From the NCBI GenBank assembly GCA_013178125.1, contig JABLXJ010000006.1, forward strand, positions 156,631 to 220,630: DNA of 64,000 nt, given 5' to 3'. Of this stretch, positions 19,295-29,947 are shown piece after piece. This DNA is from Bacillota bacterium. GTDB lineage: Bacteria > Bacillota > SHA-98 > Ch115 > JABLXJ01. The translations under genes and the position numbers were made by a program. Under the pieces are notes generated by a model that had not been told where the DNA came from, ran no database searches, and saw nothing but the letters and a program-made list of their open reading frames with translations. Position 1 is the stretch's first letter; the number at the start of each line of letters is the position of its first letter.

Positions 19295-20335
19295 TCAGCT
19301 CTCTTTGGGTGTCATTAAGACTCTCCTGTAGGTATCCAGGCTTTCAAGCGCTACACCTGTTCCCAGCGCCACGCAGGTCAATGGATCCTCCGTCCGCTGC
19401 ACCGGCATGCTCGTCTCCTCCGCGAGGAGCCGGTCAAGCCCCCTCAAGAGCGAGCCCCCGCCGGCCATAACGATGCCCTTATCCATTATATCCGCAGCGA
19501 GCTCGGGCGGGGTCTTCTCCAGGGTCAACCTCACAGCCTCGACGATCGCCGCCACGGGCTCGGCCAGGGCCTGCTGTATCTCATTGGCCGAGACCTTCAC
19601 CGTCTTCGGGAGGCCCGTCACCATATCGCGCCCCTTGATCTCCATGCTCTCGTCGGCATTGTCCAGGGGGTAGGCCGACCCGATCCGCTTCTTGACCTCT
19701 TCAGCCGTCCTCTCGCCTATCATGAGGTTATAGCTTCGCTTCACATGCTGCGCCACAGCCTCATCCATTTCATCCCCGGCGATGCGGATCGACTTGCTGG
19801 CAACAATCCCGCCCAGGGAGATTACGGCGATCTCAGTGGTCCCCCCGCCGACATCAACAACCATATTGCCCGTCGGTTCATGCACCGGGAGCCCCGCGCC
19901 TATGGCTGCAGCCATGGGCTCCTCGATCAAATAGGCCTCCCTCGCACCTGCCTGGAGCGCCGCGTCGATCACAGCTCGTTTCTCGACCTCCGTTACACCA
20001 GACGGCACCCCAATAACAACGCGCGGCCTGAAGAAGCCCCTTCCCCTGTGGGCCCTTGAAATGAAATGGCGTATCATGGTCTCTGTAACATCAAAATCTG
20101 CGATAACTCCATCCTTCATCGGCCTGACGACCACAATATTACCGGGGGTCCTGCCCACCATCCGGTTGGCCTCGTTGCCCACAGCCAGGACCTCGTCCGT
20201 GTCGCGCCGGATCGCGACAACCGAGGGTTCCTGCAATACTATGCCTTTACCCCTGACGTAAACCAGGGTATTGGCTGTCCCCAAGTCAATTCCCATATCC
20301 TTCGAAAAAAGGCCCAATATAGGGTCGAGTATCAT
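19295..20335 (-). CDS. mreB: Actin-like rod shape-determining protein MreB
   Basis: Contains [27 protein letters not shown] and further actin-fold motifs. Confidence 0.9.
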   Translation of the reverse strand: MILDPILGLFSKDMGIDLGTANTLVYVRGKGIVLQEPSVVAIRRDTDEVLAVGNEANRMVGRTPGNIVVVRPMKDGVIADFDVTETMIRHFISRAHRGRGFFRPRVVIGVPSGVTEVEKRAVIDAALQAGAREAYLIEEPMAAAIGAGLPVHEPTGNMVVDVGGGTTEIAVISLGGIVASKSIRIAGDEMDEAVAQHVKRSYNLMIGERTAEEVKKRIGSAYPLDNADESMEIKGRDMVTGLPKTVKVSANEIQQALAEPVAAIVEAVRLTLEKTPPELAADIMDKGIVMAGGGSLLRGLDRLLAEETSMPVQRTEDPLTCVALGTGVALESLDTYRRVLMTPKES

Positions 20336-20952
20336 GAAGTTGCGCTCCCTTCCAGCAAACCCTTCTCTCTCATACTGAGGAACTTGTTATCGCCAAGTAT
20401 GATATGATCCAGCACATCTATACCAAGGATCTTCCCGGCCTCCATCAGGCGCCCGGTTATTTTTACATCGTCCACGCTCGGCGTCGGGTCGCCGCTCGGG
20501 TGATTGTGAACCAGTATAATCCCGGCACTGCTTCGCCTGATAGCCTCCTTGAAAACCTCCCGGGGATGGCCGAGGGCCGTATCAAGGCTGCCGACTGAAA
20601 CCGTAATTATATTAAGGATTTGATTCCGTGTGTTGAGAAGCACCACCTTGAAGTGCTCGCGGTCCAAGTGGCGAACCTCTGGCATCAGAAACCTGGCCAC
20701 ATCCGCCGCGCCTGATACGGTGAAGCGCTCCAGCGGGTTCATCACTGCGACCCGCCGCCCCAACTCGAGAGCGGCCTTCAGCTGGACAGCCTTTGCGAGC
20801 CCTATTCCCTTGACCCGGGCAAGCTCCTCCGGCGCGGACTCCGCTAGCCCCCTCAACCCGCCGCAGGTCTTCATAAGCTCGTGCGCCACATCCACGACAT
20901 TCCCATCCCGCGAGCCTGTCCGCAGCACTATGGCAACAAGCTCGGCGGTCAA
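20332..20952 (-). CDS. radC: RadC-like JAB/MPN domain protein (UPF0758)
   Basis: Has an HhH-like N-terminus and an [15 protein letters not shown] motif. Confidence 0.85.
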   Translation of the reverse strand: MTAELVAIVLRTGSRDGNVVDVAHELMKTCGGLRGLAESAPEELARVKGIGLAKAVQLKAALELGRRVAVMNPLERFTVSGAADVARFLMPEVRHLDREHFKVVLLNTRNQILNIITVSVGSLDTALGHPREVFKEAIRRSSAGIILVHNHPSGDPTPSVDDVKITGRLMEAGKILGIDVLDHIILGDNKFLSMREKGLLEGSATS

Positions 20953-21084
20953 GAGAGCGACTGCGCCATGCTTGAGGAGTCTCTCCCTCGGGCGATCCTC
21001 CTGAGGGATCTCCTTGATGCGGATATGTGTCCTGCGTTTAGACCTTGCGATATCACATCCCCCCGCGCTCTTCCCGTACTGCCG

Positions 21085-21711
21085 TCACATGGGTTGGAAG
21101 AGCTCGACGCCAAAATTCATCAACATGTCGCTCAGCTTCCTTATGGGGAGGCCGACGACATTGAAATAACACCCATCTATCCCATCGATGATCAGCGCGC
21201 CCCGGCCCTGTATGGCATATGCACCCGCCTTGCCGAGGGGCTCCCCCGTCCGTATATACCTTTCGATGATGTCATGTGATATGTCGCGCACCCTAACCGT
21301 GGTGATATCATGGTCAACCTGGCATCGCCCGCTCCCAGCTTCCACAAGAGCGACCCCCGATACAACCTCGTGAGCCCTCCCTGCGAGCCTCATGAGCATC
21401 CTCCTGGCATCCTCCAGGTCCCTGGGCTTGCCGATGATCTCCCCGTCCTGCACGACAACAGTATCAGAACCTATCACAAGGGCGCCATCCTCCGGGCCAT
21501 CCCCTGACCCGGTCCCAACCCTTGCGGCCACGTCTCGCGCCTTCTCGAGGGATAACCTCGAAACGAGCTCAACCGGGTCGGTGATATTGAATCCCTCCTC
21601 GTCCACGCAGCTCAGCATCACATCGAAGTCCAAGCCAAGTTGCTCCAGGACCCACTTCCTGCCTCGCGAGGCGGAAGCCAGTATCAACCTCCTCTTTTTT
21701 GCGCCCCGCAT
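21085..21711 (-). CDS. maf: Maf-family nucleoside triphosphate pyrophosphatase (septum formation protein Maf)
   Basis: Contains the LILASASRGRKWVLEQLGL...DTVV motifs; the start is taken at an internal ATG (M20). Confidence 0.85.
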   Translation of the reverse strand: MRGAKKRRLILASASRGRKWVLEQLGLDFDVMLSCVDEEGFNITDPVELVSRLSLEKARDVAARVGTGSGDGPEDGALVIGSDTVVVQDGEIIGKPRDLEDARRMLMRLAGRAHEVVSGVALVEAGSGRCQVDHDITTVRVRDISHDIIERYIRTGEPLGKAGAYAIQGRGALIIDGIDGCYFNVVGLPIRKLSDMLMNFGVELFQPM

Positions 21712-21862
21712 CCCTGGATCATCCTGCATAGGTTGTCCTCCATCCGCCCCATTCCACCCCGAAACCATTCCCTTCTATCCCGAAAACCACCCCGAAGGCT
21801 GCTACCCCCGGGTGCTTCCCTCGGGCCGTCTCCACCCCGGAGTGGGCATACTATCGCATCTG

Positions 21863-22645
21863 CTAATCAGAGTCCAACCCAAGCTCGTCCGGGCTGGGGA
21901 TTGCAGGCAGCGACCTCTTATGCTCGCTGCGGCGCGCCAGCTCCTGGACGCGCGCCGCCACCTCGTCTGAGGCCTGGCCGTTGAGGATATAGCTGTCAAG
22001 GTCCTCATAGGACATCCCCATCTCGCCCTCATCCGTCTGACCCTCCCAGAGACCGGCTGTCGGGGGCTTGGTCCGTATACGTTCCGGTATCCCAAGGAAC
22101 GTTGCCAGCTCCCTGACCTGGGTTTTTACGAGGCTCCCGATCGGCAGGAGGTCAACGCCGCCGTCACCGTGCTTGGTGAAATAGCCTATCGTAAGCTCGC
22201 TCCTGTTCCCAGTGCCCAGCACGAGGTAATTCAACTTCGAGGCAAAATAATATAGGGTGATCATGCGGAGCCGCGGCTTGATGTTGGCAGCCGCAAGGTC
22301 GGTGGGACCGCACTCTACGCTCCCCCCTGCCCCCCATGGCTCGCCCCGGCCCCCCGCCAGAATAGACAAGAGGGCTTCATATGCCGGGCTCAGGTCCACC
22401 GTCCGCGTTGGAATGCCTAAGACACCGGCAATCTCGGCAGCGTCTCTCATATCCTCAGGGTTGCTGTGGCATGGCATTATAAGACCCAGGACTCCGCCGG
22501 GAAACGCTCGCGCTGCGAGGGCTGCCACAACAGCCGAATCTATGCCGCCGCTCAAACCCACGACCGCGCCCCTTGCCCCCGCCCCCCTGACCTTCGCCTC
22601 GAGCCACTTGACGATCTTTGCTGAAACCTTCTCAGGATTCACCAA
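21863..22645 (-). CDS. nadE: NH3-dependent NAD+ synthetase NadE
   Basis: GLSGGIDSAVVAAL PP-loop, 260 aa. Confidence 0.85.
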   Translation of the reverse strand: MVNPEKVSAKIVKWLEAKVRGAGARGAVVGLSGGIDSAVVAALAARAFPGGVLGLIMPCHSNPEDMRDAAEIAGVLGIPTRTVDLSPAYEALLSILAGGRGEPWGAGGSVECGPTDLAAANIKPRLRMITLYYFASKLNYLVLGTGNRSELTIGYFTKHGDGGVDLLPIGSLVKTQVRELATFLGIPERIRTKPPTAGLWEGQTDEGEMGMSYEDLDSYILNGQASDEVAARVQELARRSEHKRSLPAIPSPDELGLDSD

Positions 22646-22682
22646 CCTTCACCCCGGATAGACTCATTCTCACTTTACAACC

Positions 22683-23585
22683 TCACTTTGCAACACAGCA
22701 CCCTCCCGGGCCCTCAGTCCCCGTCGAGAGGCCTTTCCCTGCGCCCACCCCACCCGTCACGACGGTATGCAAATCCCTTTGACTTGTCATGACTATGCAC
22801 CTGGTCGGGCACTTCTCAACGCACTTCCCGCAGTTATCGCACTTATCAGGGATAATCCTGGCGAGATTATCCTCGAGCACGATAGCAGAATTCGGACAGG
22901 TCTTGACGCAAATCCCGCAGCCTATACACCCGACCTTGCACACCTTCCTGACCTCGGCCCCCCGCGCGTGCGACCTGCAGAGGACCTGGGTCCTCGCGGA
23001 CACCGGCACAAGGGCTATGATGCCCCGCGGGCAGGCTTCGATGCACTTACCGCAACCCGTGCACTTCGCCTCGTCAATGACCGGGAGGCCGTCCGCCCCC
23101 ATCTCCATGGCCCCAAATGGGCATGCCTTCACGCACGTCCCAAACCCGAGGCAGCCGAACGTGCACGCTTTCGGCCCCCCGCTCACAAGCCCGGCAGCCC
23201 CGCAATCCCTTATGCCTATATATGCAAATCTGCTCGTCGCCTTATCTTCGCCGCCCCCACACATGACCTTCGCCACCTGGCGTTCCCTGGCAGGGGCAGG
23301 CTGGACGCCCATGATCTCGGATACCCTATCAGCCACAACCTGGCCCCCGACCGGGCATGCATCAACAGGGGCCGAACCCGTTACAATGGCCGACGCCAGG
23401 CCGCTACACCCCGGATAACCACACCCGCCGCAATTCGCACCCGGCAGGACCCCGGTGATCTTCTCGACCCGGGGATCAGACTCCACCGCGAACTTCCTCG
23501 CCGCAAGGCCAAGCATGATCCCAAATACCGCCCCCAGGCCCGCAAGACTCAGAATAGCCTTGAGATACACCATTTCAGTTGCCAC
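22683..23585 (-). CDS. rnfB: Rnf complex subunit B (polyferredoxin)
   Basis: N-terminal TM segment, a CGGCGYPGC motif and multiple CxxCxxCxxxCP clusters. Confidence 0.85.
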   Translation of the reverse strand: MATEMVYLKAILSLAGLGAVFGIMLGLAARKFAVESDPRVEKITGVLPGANCGGCGYPGCSGLASAIVTGSAPVDACPVGGQVVADRVSEIMGVQPAPARERQVAKVMCGGGEDKATSRFAYIGIRDCGAAGLVSGGPKACTFGCLGFGTCVKACPFGAMEMGADGLPVIDEAKCTGCGKCIEACPRGIIALVPVSARTQVLCRSHARGAEVRKVCKVGCIGCGICVKTCPNSAIVLEDNLARIIPDKCDNCGKCVEKCPTRCIVMTSQRDLHTVVTGGVGAGKGLSTGTEGPGGCCVAK

Positions 23586-23692
23586 GCTCCTCTCCCCACG
23601 TCTCTGAGCCTACCCATCCTTCTGCGATTACCTATGCCCTGGAACTACCCATGATCTAATCTGGGAACTACCCATGACACCGCGCCCCGCCA

Positions 23693-24298
23693 TCACAGGC
23701 CGAACAGCGCCGCCAGTTTGAAGCCTGTGAATCCCAGGAAGGCAATAGACATGAGGCCCGCCGTTATCAAAGCCAGCGGGAATCCCTTCAGGGCTTCAGG
23801 GATCGGCGCGAAATCAAGCCTTTCGCGTATTCCGGCGAACAACACTATGGCGAGCGTGAAGCCGGCCGCGCCTGCTATGCCGTTGACGGCAGTCTGGATG
23901 ATATCATAGTTCTCGCGTATGTTTATGATAGCCACGCCGAGCACTGCGCAATTCGTGGTGATGAGCGGAAGGTAAATGCCGAGCGCCTGGTACAACGTCG
24001 GGCTTACCTTCAGGATCACCATCTCGACGAGCTGGACGAGGGCGGCTATCACCAGGATGAAGGCGATGGTCTGCAGGTAACCCAGGTGGAGCGGGACCAG
24101 GATATAATACTGGACCGCCCAGGTGATCACCGAGGCCACGGCCATCACGAAGATGACCGCCATCCCCATGCCCGTCGCAGTCTCTATCCGCTTCGATACC
24201 CCTATGAACGGGCAGATGCCCAGAAATCTCGACAGGATAAAATTATTAAGAAGAACCCCCGCAAAGAATATCACGAGGAGGTCCCGCATTGTCCTCAC
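23693..24298 (-). CDS. rnfA: Rnf complex subunit A
   Basis: 201-aa membrane protein of the RnfA/NqrE family. Confidence 0.9.
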   Translation of the reverse strand: MRTMRDLLVIFFAGVLLNNFILSRFLGICPFIGVSKRIETATGMGMAVIFVMAVASVITWAVQYYILVPLHLGYLQTIAFILVIAALVQLVEMVILKVSPTLYQALGIYLPLITTNCAVLGVAIINIRENYDIIQTAVNGIAGAAGFTLAIVLFAGIRERLDFAPIPEALKGFPLALITAGLMSIAFLGFTGFKLAALFGL

Positions 24299-24576
24299 TC
24301 TCCTCTGATCATAGCTGAAACAGGCCCGAAATGCAACTACACCCAGGTATTACTTCTATCCAACCAAGCCACTATTTAACTAGATCTTTACTACTATGCC
24401 ATCCGCCTATGTGGGCCATACTCCCCACTCGCCCGCCCGCCCGTTACACCATGCCAAGGACCATTGCGCCTTACCGAGTCACTATACTCCCGCTATACCA
24501 TACCCTGCCCCCACCCCGGCCCCGGCCATTGCATCGTCCCCGGCTCCCCCGGATATTGCCATGGCTCTCTCGGCTC

Positions 24577-25191
24577 TTACGCCTTGCGCCTCGTCAGGGT
24601 GTTTATCAACCCGATGAGCAGGCCAAGGGTTATGAACGCGCCCGGCGGGAGCAGCATCATGACTGGAGCGAGGTCTTTATTAAAGATATGGATCCCTGCG
24701 AAGCCGAAATCGGGCGCCGCGAGGATCGTCCCCGTCCCTACCAGCTCCCTGATCGCGCTCAGGAGCGTGAGCGCCAGCGTGAACCCGAGCCCCATGCCGA
24801 GCCCGTCAGCCAGCGAGTTCACGACAGGGTTCTTGGAGGCAAAGGCCTCCGCCCTCGCCAGGATGATGCAGTTGACGACGATCAACGGGATGAATATTCC
24901 AAGCACCTTGTGGAGCCCCGGGGTGAACGCCGCCATCACGAGATCGACGATGGTTACGAACGAGGCTATGACAACCACGAAGCAAGGTATCCTGATCTTT
25001 GGGGGGATGAACGACCTGAGCAGCGAGACGATGACATTCGATCCCACCAGGACGAAGGTTGCCGCTATCCCCATACCTATCCCGTTCGTAATGGCCAGGC
25101 TCGTTGCGAGAACAGGACACATGCCAATCAAGAGGCGAAAGGTCGGGTTCTCATTGCCTATCCCATTCTTGAAATCAGAGAAAACGCTCAT
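24577..25191 (-). CDS. rnfE: Rnf complex subunit E
   Basis: 204 aa, RnfE/NqrD family. Confidence 0.9.
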   Translation of the reverse strand: MSVFSDFKNGIGNENPTFRLLIGMCPVLATSLAITNGIGMGIAATFVLVGSNVIVSLLRSFIPPKIRIPCFVVVIASFVTIVDLVMAAFTPGLHKVLGIFIPLIVVNCIILARAEAFASKNPVVNSLADGLGMGLGFTLALTLLSAIRELVGTGTILAAPDFGFAGIHIFNKDLAPVMMLLPPGAFITLGLLIGLINTLTRRKA

Positions 25192-25790
25192 TTCCCCACA
25201 ACCCCCTTGGAAAGCATCAACTGAAACGCACGAAGCGCCGCTTCAACTCCCTTTGTAACGGCCCGGGATGAAATCGTCGCCCCTGTAAGGGCCTGTATGT
25301 CTCCGCCATCCTTTGTCAGCTTAACGGGGGAGCCCGCGACCTTGCCCTTGAACCTCCCCTCGAAATCCTGGCTCGCGACGTTGGCCCCGAGCCCCGGGGT
25401 CTCCTGCTGGTTGATGACCGTCACACCCTGGACGACACCATCCAGCGATATCCCGACGATGCTCTCAATCGGCCCACCATACCCGGCGGGGGCAACGCGG
25501 ACCGCCACCCCGACGGGCCTTCCATCGGCATAACCCACATAGAGGCCCTGGACGATCGACAGGTCGGCCCCCGTTAGGTCCGTCTTCACCTTTTCCGTCT
25601 CATCCCTGAATTCCCTCGCCGATGCGAGGACGCTCTCCAGCGCATGCTCCTCCTCGAGGGCCTTCTGGGCGGCTATGCGGTCCTCGGTCACATTATTTAC
25701 ATAAGCAAGAACAGCGGCGGCAACGCCGCATATTAACATCAATATGACACCAAGCCTTATAACATCACGCACCCCGCCGCACCTCCCCAA
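25188..25790 (-). CDS. rnfG: Rnf complex subunit G (FMN-binding)
   Basis: TM anchor plus FMN_bind domain (GATISSRAV flavinylation-site motif). Confidence 0.85.
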   Translation of the reverse strand: MGRCGGVRDVIRLGVILMLICGVAAAVLAYVNNVTEDRIAAQKALEEEHALESVLASAREFRDETEKVKTDLTGADLSIVQGLYVGYADGRPVGVAVRVAPAGYGGPIESIVGISLDGVVQGVTVINQQETPGLGANVASQDFEGRFKGKVAGSPVKLTKDGGDIQALTGATISSRAVTKGVEAALRAFQLMLSKGVVGK

Positions 25791-26739
25791 ATTTTCTCGG
25801 CCTCGTGAATTTGTCGAGCACGGCCGTAGTTGCGTCCATTATGAGAATCGCGTAACATACCCCTTCCGGGTACCCGCCGAAGAGCCTGATCATCACGGTT
25901 AGGACGCCGCATCCAATGCCAAAGAGGGCCTGACCCCTTGGCGTCACAGGCGTGCTCACGTAGTCGGTGGCCATGAAGAAGGCGCCGATCATAAGCCCGC
26001 CGGCCAGGATATGAAACAGCGGGTCCTGCCCGAAGAGGGCCGACAGCACCGCAACCGTTCCGATGAAATAGCCTGGTATCCTGAAGGTTATGTGGCCGCG
26101 CCATATGAGGTAGAGCGCGCCCAGGAGTATGGCGGGGACCGATGTCTCACCGATGCTCCCTGCCACGTTCCCGAAGAAGAGGGCCGCGTACGGGGTCTTG
26201 ATCCCCGATAGCTTCAGGAGCGCGAGCGGCGTTGCCGTCGTGAGGGCATCGAACCCCTGCATCCAAGGCGCCTGGCTCACGGGCCACACCCACCGGGTCA
26301 TCAGCACCGGCCACGATGCAAGGAGCACGGCCCGCCCTATGAGAGCCGGGTTAAAGGGATTCTGCCCGAGCCCGCCGAAGACATGCTTTGCAACCCCGAT
26401 CGCCACGATCGAACCGATGGCCGGGATCCAGAGCGGGACCGTCGGCGGCAAGACTAGGGCGAGCAAGAGGCCTGCAACGGCCGCACTGTAGTCATTTATA
26501 GTGACCGGTTTGTGCAGGGCCTTCTGTATCACAGCCTCTGTAATGATAGCAAAGGCGACGCCCACAAGGATTACAAGGAGGGCCTGCAATTTGAAGAATA
26601 GGATTCCCATTGCGCTCGCCGGGATCAGGGCGATGATGACGTCTCGCATGATCTGTGGCGTCGCGATGGGCGACCTCAGGTGCGGGGACGACGAGACAAT
26701 CAACCTCTTCTCAGCCATGGTATCAATGTTATCAGCCAT
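25765..26739 (-). CDS. rnfD: Rnf complex subunit D
   Basis: 324 aa, NqrB/RnfD family. Confidence 0.9.
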   Translation of the reverse strand: MADNIDTMAEKRLIVSSSPHLRSPIATPQIMRDVIIALIPASAMGILFFKLQALLVILVGVAFAIITEAVIQKALHKPVTINDYSAAVAGLLLALVLPPTVPLWIPAIGSIVAIGVAKHVFGGLGQNPFNPALIGRAVLLASWPVLMTRWVWPVSQAPWMQGFDALTTATPLALLKLSGIKTPYAALFFGNVAGSIGETSVPAILLGALYLIWRGHITFRIPGYFIGTVAVLSALFGQDPLFHILAGGLMIGAFFMATDYVSTPVTPRGQALFGIGCGVLTVMIRLFGGYPEGVCYAILIMDATTAVLDKFTRPRKFGEVRRGA

Positions 26740-26754
26740 ACGCTACCCCTCCCT

Positions 26755-28104
26755 CTACTGTTTCTTCCGCCGCCTGGCCATTATCTCGGATTTCGCGAGC
26801 CTTATAGCCTGCACAAGGGGCCGGCGCGAGGGACAGATATAGCCGCATGAGCCGCACTCTATGCAGTCCAGGGCATTATACTCCTCAGCCTCGTCGAAAC
26901 GCCCGGCCTCGGCCCGCTGGCTTATGAAGAGGGGCAGGAGCCGCATGGGACAAGCCCCAACGCACTTGCCGCAACGGACGCAGGGCATGGATGTATCCTC
27001 GACCTCGACCTCGTCTTTCGAGAGGGCCAGCACCCCGGAGGTCCCCTTGGTGACCGGGACGTCGGTGGAGAACTGCGCAACCCCCATCATCGGCCCGCCG
27101 ATGATCACCTTGGCAGGCTCCTTCACAAACCCGCCACACTCCTCTATCAGATCGCCTATTGCAGTTCCGATCTTGACTTTTAGATTCTGAGGCTCCCGTA
27201 TGCATGAGCCTGCGACGGTTACAACGCGCTCAACCAGCGGCATGCCCTTCTCCAGCGCCTCAGCGACAGCGACCGCGGTGCCGACGTTATTGACGACAAC
27301 GCCCACGTCCACAGGCAGGCCGCCAGAAGGGATCTCCCTGCCGAGAATCGCCTTCACCAGCTGCTTTTCTGCGCCCTGGGGATACTTCGTGGCAAGCACC
27401 ACCACCTCGATCCCGGGCACGCCCGATGCAGCCCGCCTCATAGCTTCAATTGCGTCGGGCTTGTTATCCTCGATCCCGAGAAAGGCCCGATCCACCCCGG
27501 CCGCCTTCATAAGGGCCCTTATGCCGTATGTGACATCATTGGGCCGCTCGAGCATGATGCGGTGGTCTGCAGTCAAATATGGCTCGCACTCGCTCCCGTT
27601 CACTACCAGGGTATCAAACCTCTTCCCCGGAGGTGGCACGAGCTTGAAGTAGGTTGGAAAGGCAGCGCCCCCGAGCCCCACGATGCCCGCATCCCGGATG
27701 ATGCCCACTATATCCCCGGGAGAAAGGTTCTCAATCGTCCCACGGGGCTTGACATCGGGCGAGAGCTGCTGTTCACCATCGGATTCGATGACGACGGAGT
27801 TCACAAGGCGCCCCCCGCTCTGCAGGTAATAGCCTATCGCAGCGACCTTGCCGGACACGCTGGCATGGACGGGCGCCGTCAACTTAGCCGGGCTATCCCC
27901 GATCTTCTGACCCACCAGGACGTGATCCCCGGCCTTGACAAGGGGTTCGCACGGAGCCCCCGTATGCTGGTGGAGAGGGATGGTAACCCTGGCGGGCAGC
28001 CTCGCCTGCCTGACTGGTTTCGATGCAGTGGATTCCTTAGAGTAAGGAACATGGGTGCCCCCCAGAAAACTACGCAAATTCATAAATGCATATCGCCACC
28101 CCAC
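26755..28104 (-). CDS. rnfC: Rnf complex subunit C (NADH-binding, 2x[4Fe-4S])
   Basis: 449 aa with CVRCGKCVGACP and CIECGSCGYICP motifs. The true start may be the ATG 7 codons into the ORF. Confidence 0.9.
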   Translation of the reverse strand: MGWRYAFMNLRSFLGGTHVPYSKESTASKPVRQARLPARVTIPLHQHTGAPCEPLVKAGDHVLVGQKIGDSPAKLTAPVHASVSGKVAAIGYYLQSGGRLVNSVVIESDGEQQLSPDVKPRGTIENLSPGDIVGIIRDAGIVGLGGAAFPTYFKLVPPPGKRFDTLVVNGSECEPYLTADHRIMLERPNDVTYGIRALMKAAGVDRAFLGIEDNKPDAIEAMRRAASGVPGIEVVVLATKYPQGAEKQLVKAILGREIPSGGLPVDVGVVVNNVGTAVAVAEALEKGMPLVERVVTVAGSCIREPQNLKVKIGTAIGDLIEECGGFVKEPAKVIIGGPMMGVAQFSTDVPVTKGTSGVLALSKDEVEVEDTSMPCVRCGKCVGACPMRLLPLFISQRAEAGRFDEAEEYNALDCIECGSCGYICPSRRPLVQAIRLAKSEIMARRRKKQ

Positions 28105-28310
28105 GAAAAGATTATTTAGGAAAATAAATCCGGCCCGGCCGCATCGTGGCCGGCAGGGGATTAACTGGAATTACGGCCAACAAGGAAATGAGGGGTGTTA
28201 CCCCTCTCAGTAGCACTCCGACTCCGGTATCCCCTTAGCCTTATTATCGCGCCGGATTCCCAAAAAATTATTATTCTACAGCCGCACAAGAATTCCTCTT
28301 ACAGTTATAT

Positions 28311-28400
28311 GGCTTAGATATAGCCCAAATATAGTAACTCAGATATAGCCCGAACACCGCCAACTTAGATGGCGCGAACTTAGATAGTTAGATAGCGCGC
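28311..28400. repeat. Cluster of TAGATA-containing direct repeats (cttagatatagccc / tcagatatagcccg / cttagatggcgcg / cttagatag-ttagatag)
   Basis: An AT-rich patch ~200-300 nt upstream of rnfC. AGATATAGCCC occurs twice, CTTAGAT three times and TTAGATAG twice in tandem. Confidence 0.5.
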
Positions 28401-28407
28401 CCCCCCT

Positions 28408-29295
28408 TTAGCTTTCTATAGTCCCCTTTTGACCTTCTACAGGCCTTGTCATCCTCCCGCTCAATCCCGGCCTCAGGTAGGCAAACCAATAGGCGACCCC
28501 GACGAACAGGGCCCCTCCGATCACATTCCCGATCGTTACGGGGAGGAGGTTCTTGAATATGAAAGCGGTCCATGTGAGCCCCATGGCACCCGTCCCGGCC
28601 CCGGCGATGCCAGGGGCAGCCTTTAAAAACAATCCCATAGGAATATAATACATATTTGCGATGCTATGTTCAAACCCGCTGGCCACGAAACTGGTAATAA
28701 TGAAAAAAATGGCAGCAATCTTGCCTATCACATCGTCCGCGGCGTAGGCCGCCCACACCGCGAGGCAGACCAGCCAGTTACATAGAATCCCCCTGGTGAA
28801 GGCCTCCCCGAAAGTCAGATTGACCTTCGCCGTAGCGATATTCACAGCCGACGAGCCCAGCCCGAGGTTATTCAGCTTCCAGAGGCCCGACGCATAGACC
28901 AGGCCCGCGAGGATCAGTGATCCCGCAAAATTCGCTAGATATACCCAGAGCCAGTTCCTGAGAAGCCCCCCCGGCCTTATCTTACCGTCCAGGAGGCTCA
29001 CGAGCATGAGGCTGTTCCCGGTGAAAAGCTCTGCCCCGCAAATGATGACCATCATCAGCCCAACAGAAAAGATGGCTCCGCTCAGAAACTTCGACACCCC
29101 AACGCCGGCAAAAGTGCTCAAATCTTGCGTCACCGTCATCGACACCTGAGCGCCGAACCCGATGAACACCCCGGCCATCAGGCCAAGCACTACGAGAACG
29201 CTGGTCGCCATCGAGGCCTTCTTCTCCCCGGCGTTCGAGACGACCTGGGCGATCTCGGCAGGAGAACGTACCGCCATGCTACCCACCTCACTCAT
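28408..29295 (-). CDS. Formate/nitrite transporter (FNT) family channel, FocA-like
   Basis: Six-TM FNT signature. The likely start is MSEVGS or MAVRSP, internal to the track ORF. It is adjacent to fhs. Confidence 0.8.
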   Translation of the reverse strand: MSEVGSMAVRSPAEIAQVVSNAGEKKASMATSVLVVLGLMAGVFIGFGAQVSMTVTQDLSTFAGVGVSKFLSGAIFSVGLMMVIICGAELFTGNSLMLVSLLDGKIRPGGLLRNWLWVYLANFAGSLILAGLVYASGLWKLNNLGLGSSAVNIATAKVNLTFGEAFTRGILCNWLVCLAVWAAYAADDVIGKIAAIFFIITSFVASGFEHSIANMYYIPMGLFLKAAPGIAGAGTGAMGLTWTAFIFKNLLPVTIGNVIGGALFVGVAYWFAYLRPGLSGRMTRPVEGQKGTIES

Positions 29296-29421
29296 ATCAT
29301 ATAAGGTTGACCCCTGTCGCCTGAATTCCCACCCTCGTCTCCAGCTCTCCGAGCCCCCGTGGCCCCGTAACCCATAACCGGTGAATTGGTCTAGACCTAT
29401 AAGAAGAAACACTAAACTGGT

Positions 29422-29841
29422 CTAGACCTGTAAGAGATCTCTGTCGCCGGGGAAGAAGAGTCCTGCTTCGCGAATATAGCTCTCGACCGAATCGGAACCG
29501 TGGATGACATTGCGAGGCAACTCCCCGCCGAAATCCCCGCGTATTGTCCCAGCGGCGGCATCAACCGGGTTTGTTGCGCCGATGAGGTTTCGCGCGATCT
29601 TGATGGCATTTTCCCTTTCCAGCACCGCCACGACCGCCGGCCCCTCTGTTATCGCCTCGAGGAGCCCATCAAAGAAGGGCTTCCCCGCCAGGTGCGCATA
29701 GTGTCGCTCTGCGAGGGCCCGCTCTATCTGCCTCATCTCGAGCCTCAGGATCTTAAAGCTCCTCCGCTCAAATCTCTCAAGGACCGTCCCTACGAGCCCC
29801 CGTGCAACCCCGTCGGGTTTGACTATGATAAGTGTACGTTC
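29422..29841 (-). CDS. ndk: Nucleoside diphosphate kinase
   Basis: Contains ERTLIIVKPDGV...NVIHGSDS active-site His motif. The start is taken at an internal ATG. Confidence 0.85.
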   Translation of the reverse strand, partial: ERTLIIVKPDGVARGLVGTVLERFERRSFKILRLEMRQIERALAERHYAHLAGKPFFDGLLEAITEGPAVVAVLERENAIKIARNLIGATNPVDAAAGTIRGDFGGELPRNVIHGSDSVESYIREAGLFFPGDRDLLQV

Positions 29842-29947
29842 CATAATATCGACTCCTGTCTTGCGAGGTGATATCAATTCCCGGTGCCCAATTCCTGGCG
29901 CCGGGGTCTCCACAAAAACCAGGGGCCCCGGCGCCAGGCATCCATTT

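Noticed and set aside
24331-25258. Plus-strand ORFs of 297, 264 and 73 aa opposite rnfE
   Set aside because: They are antisense to a well-supported RnfE membrane protein, with Pro/Arg/His-rich composition and no family resemblance.
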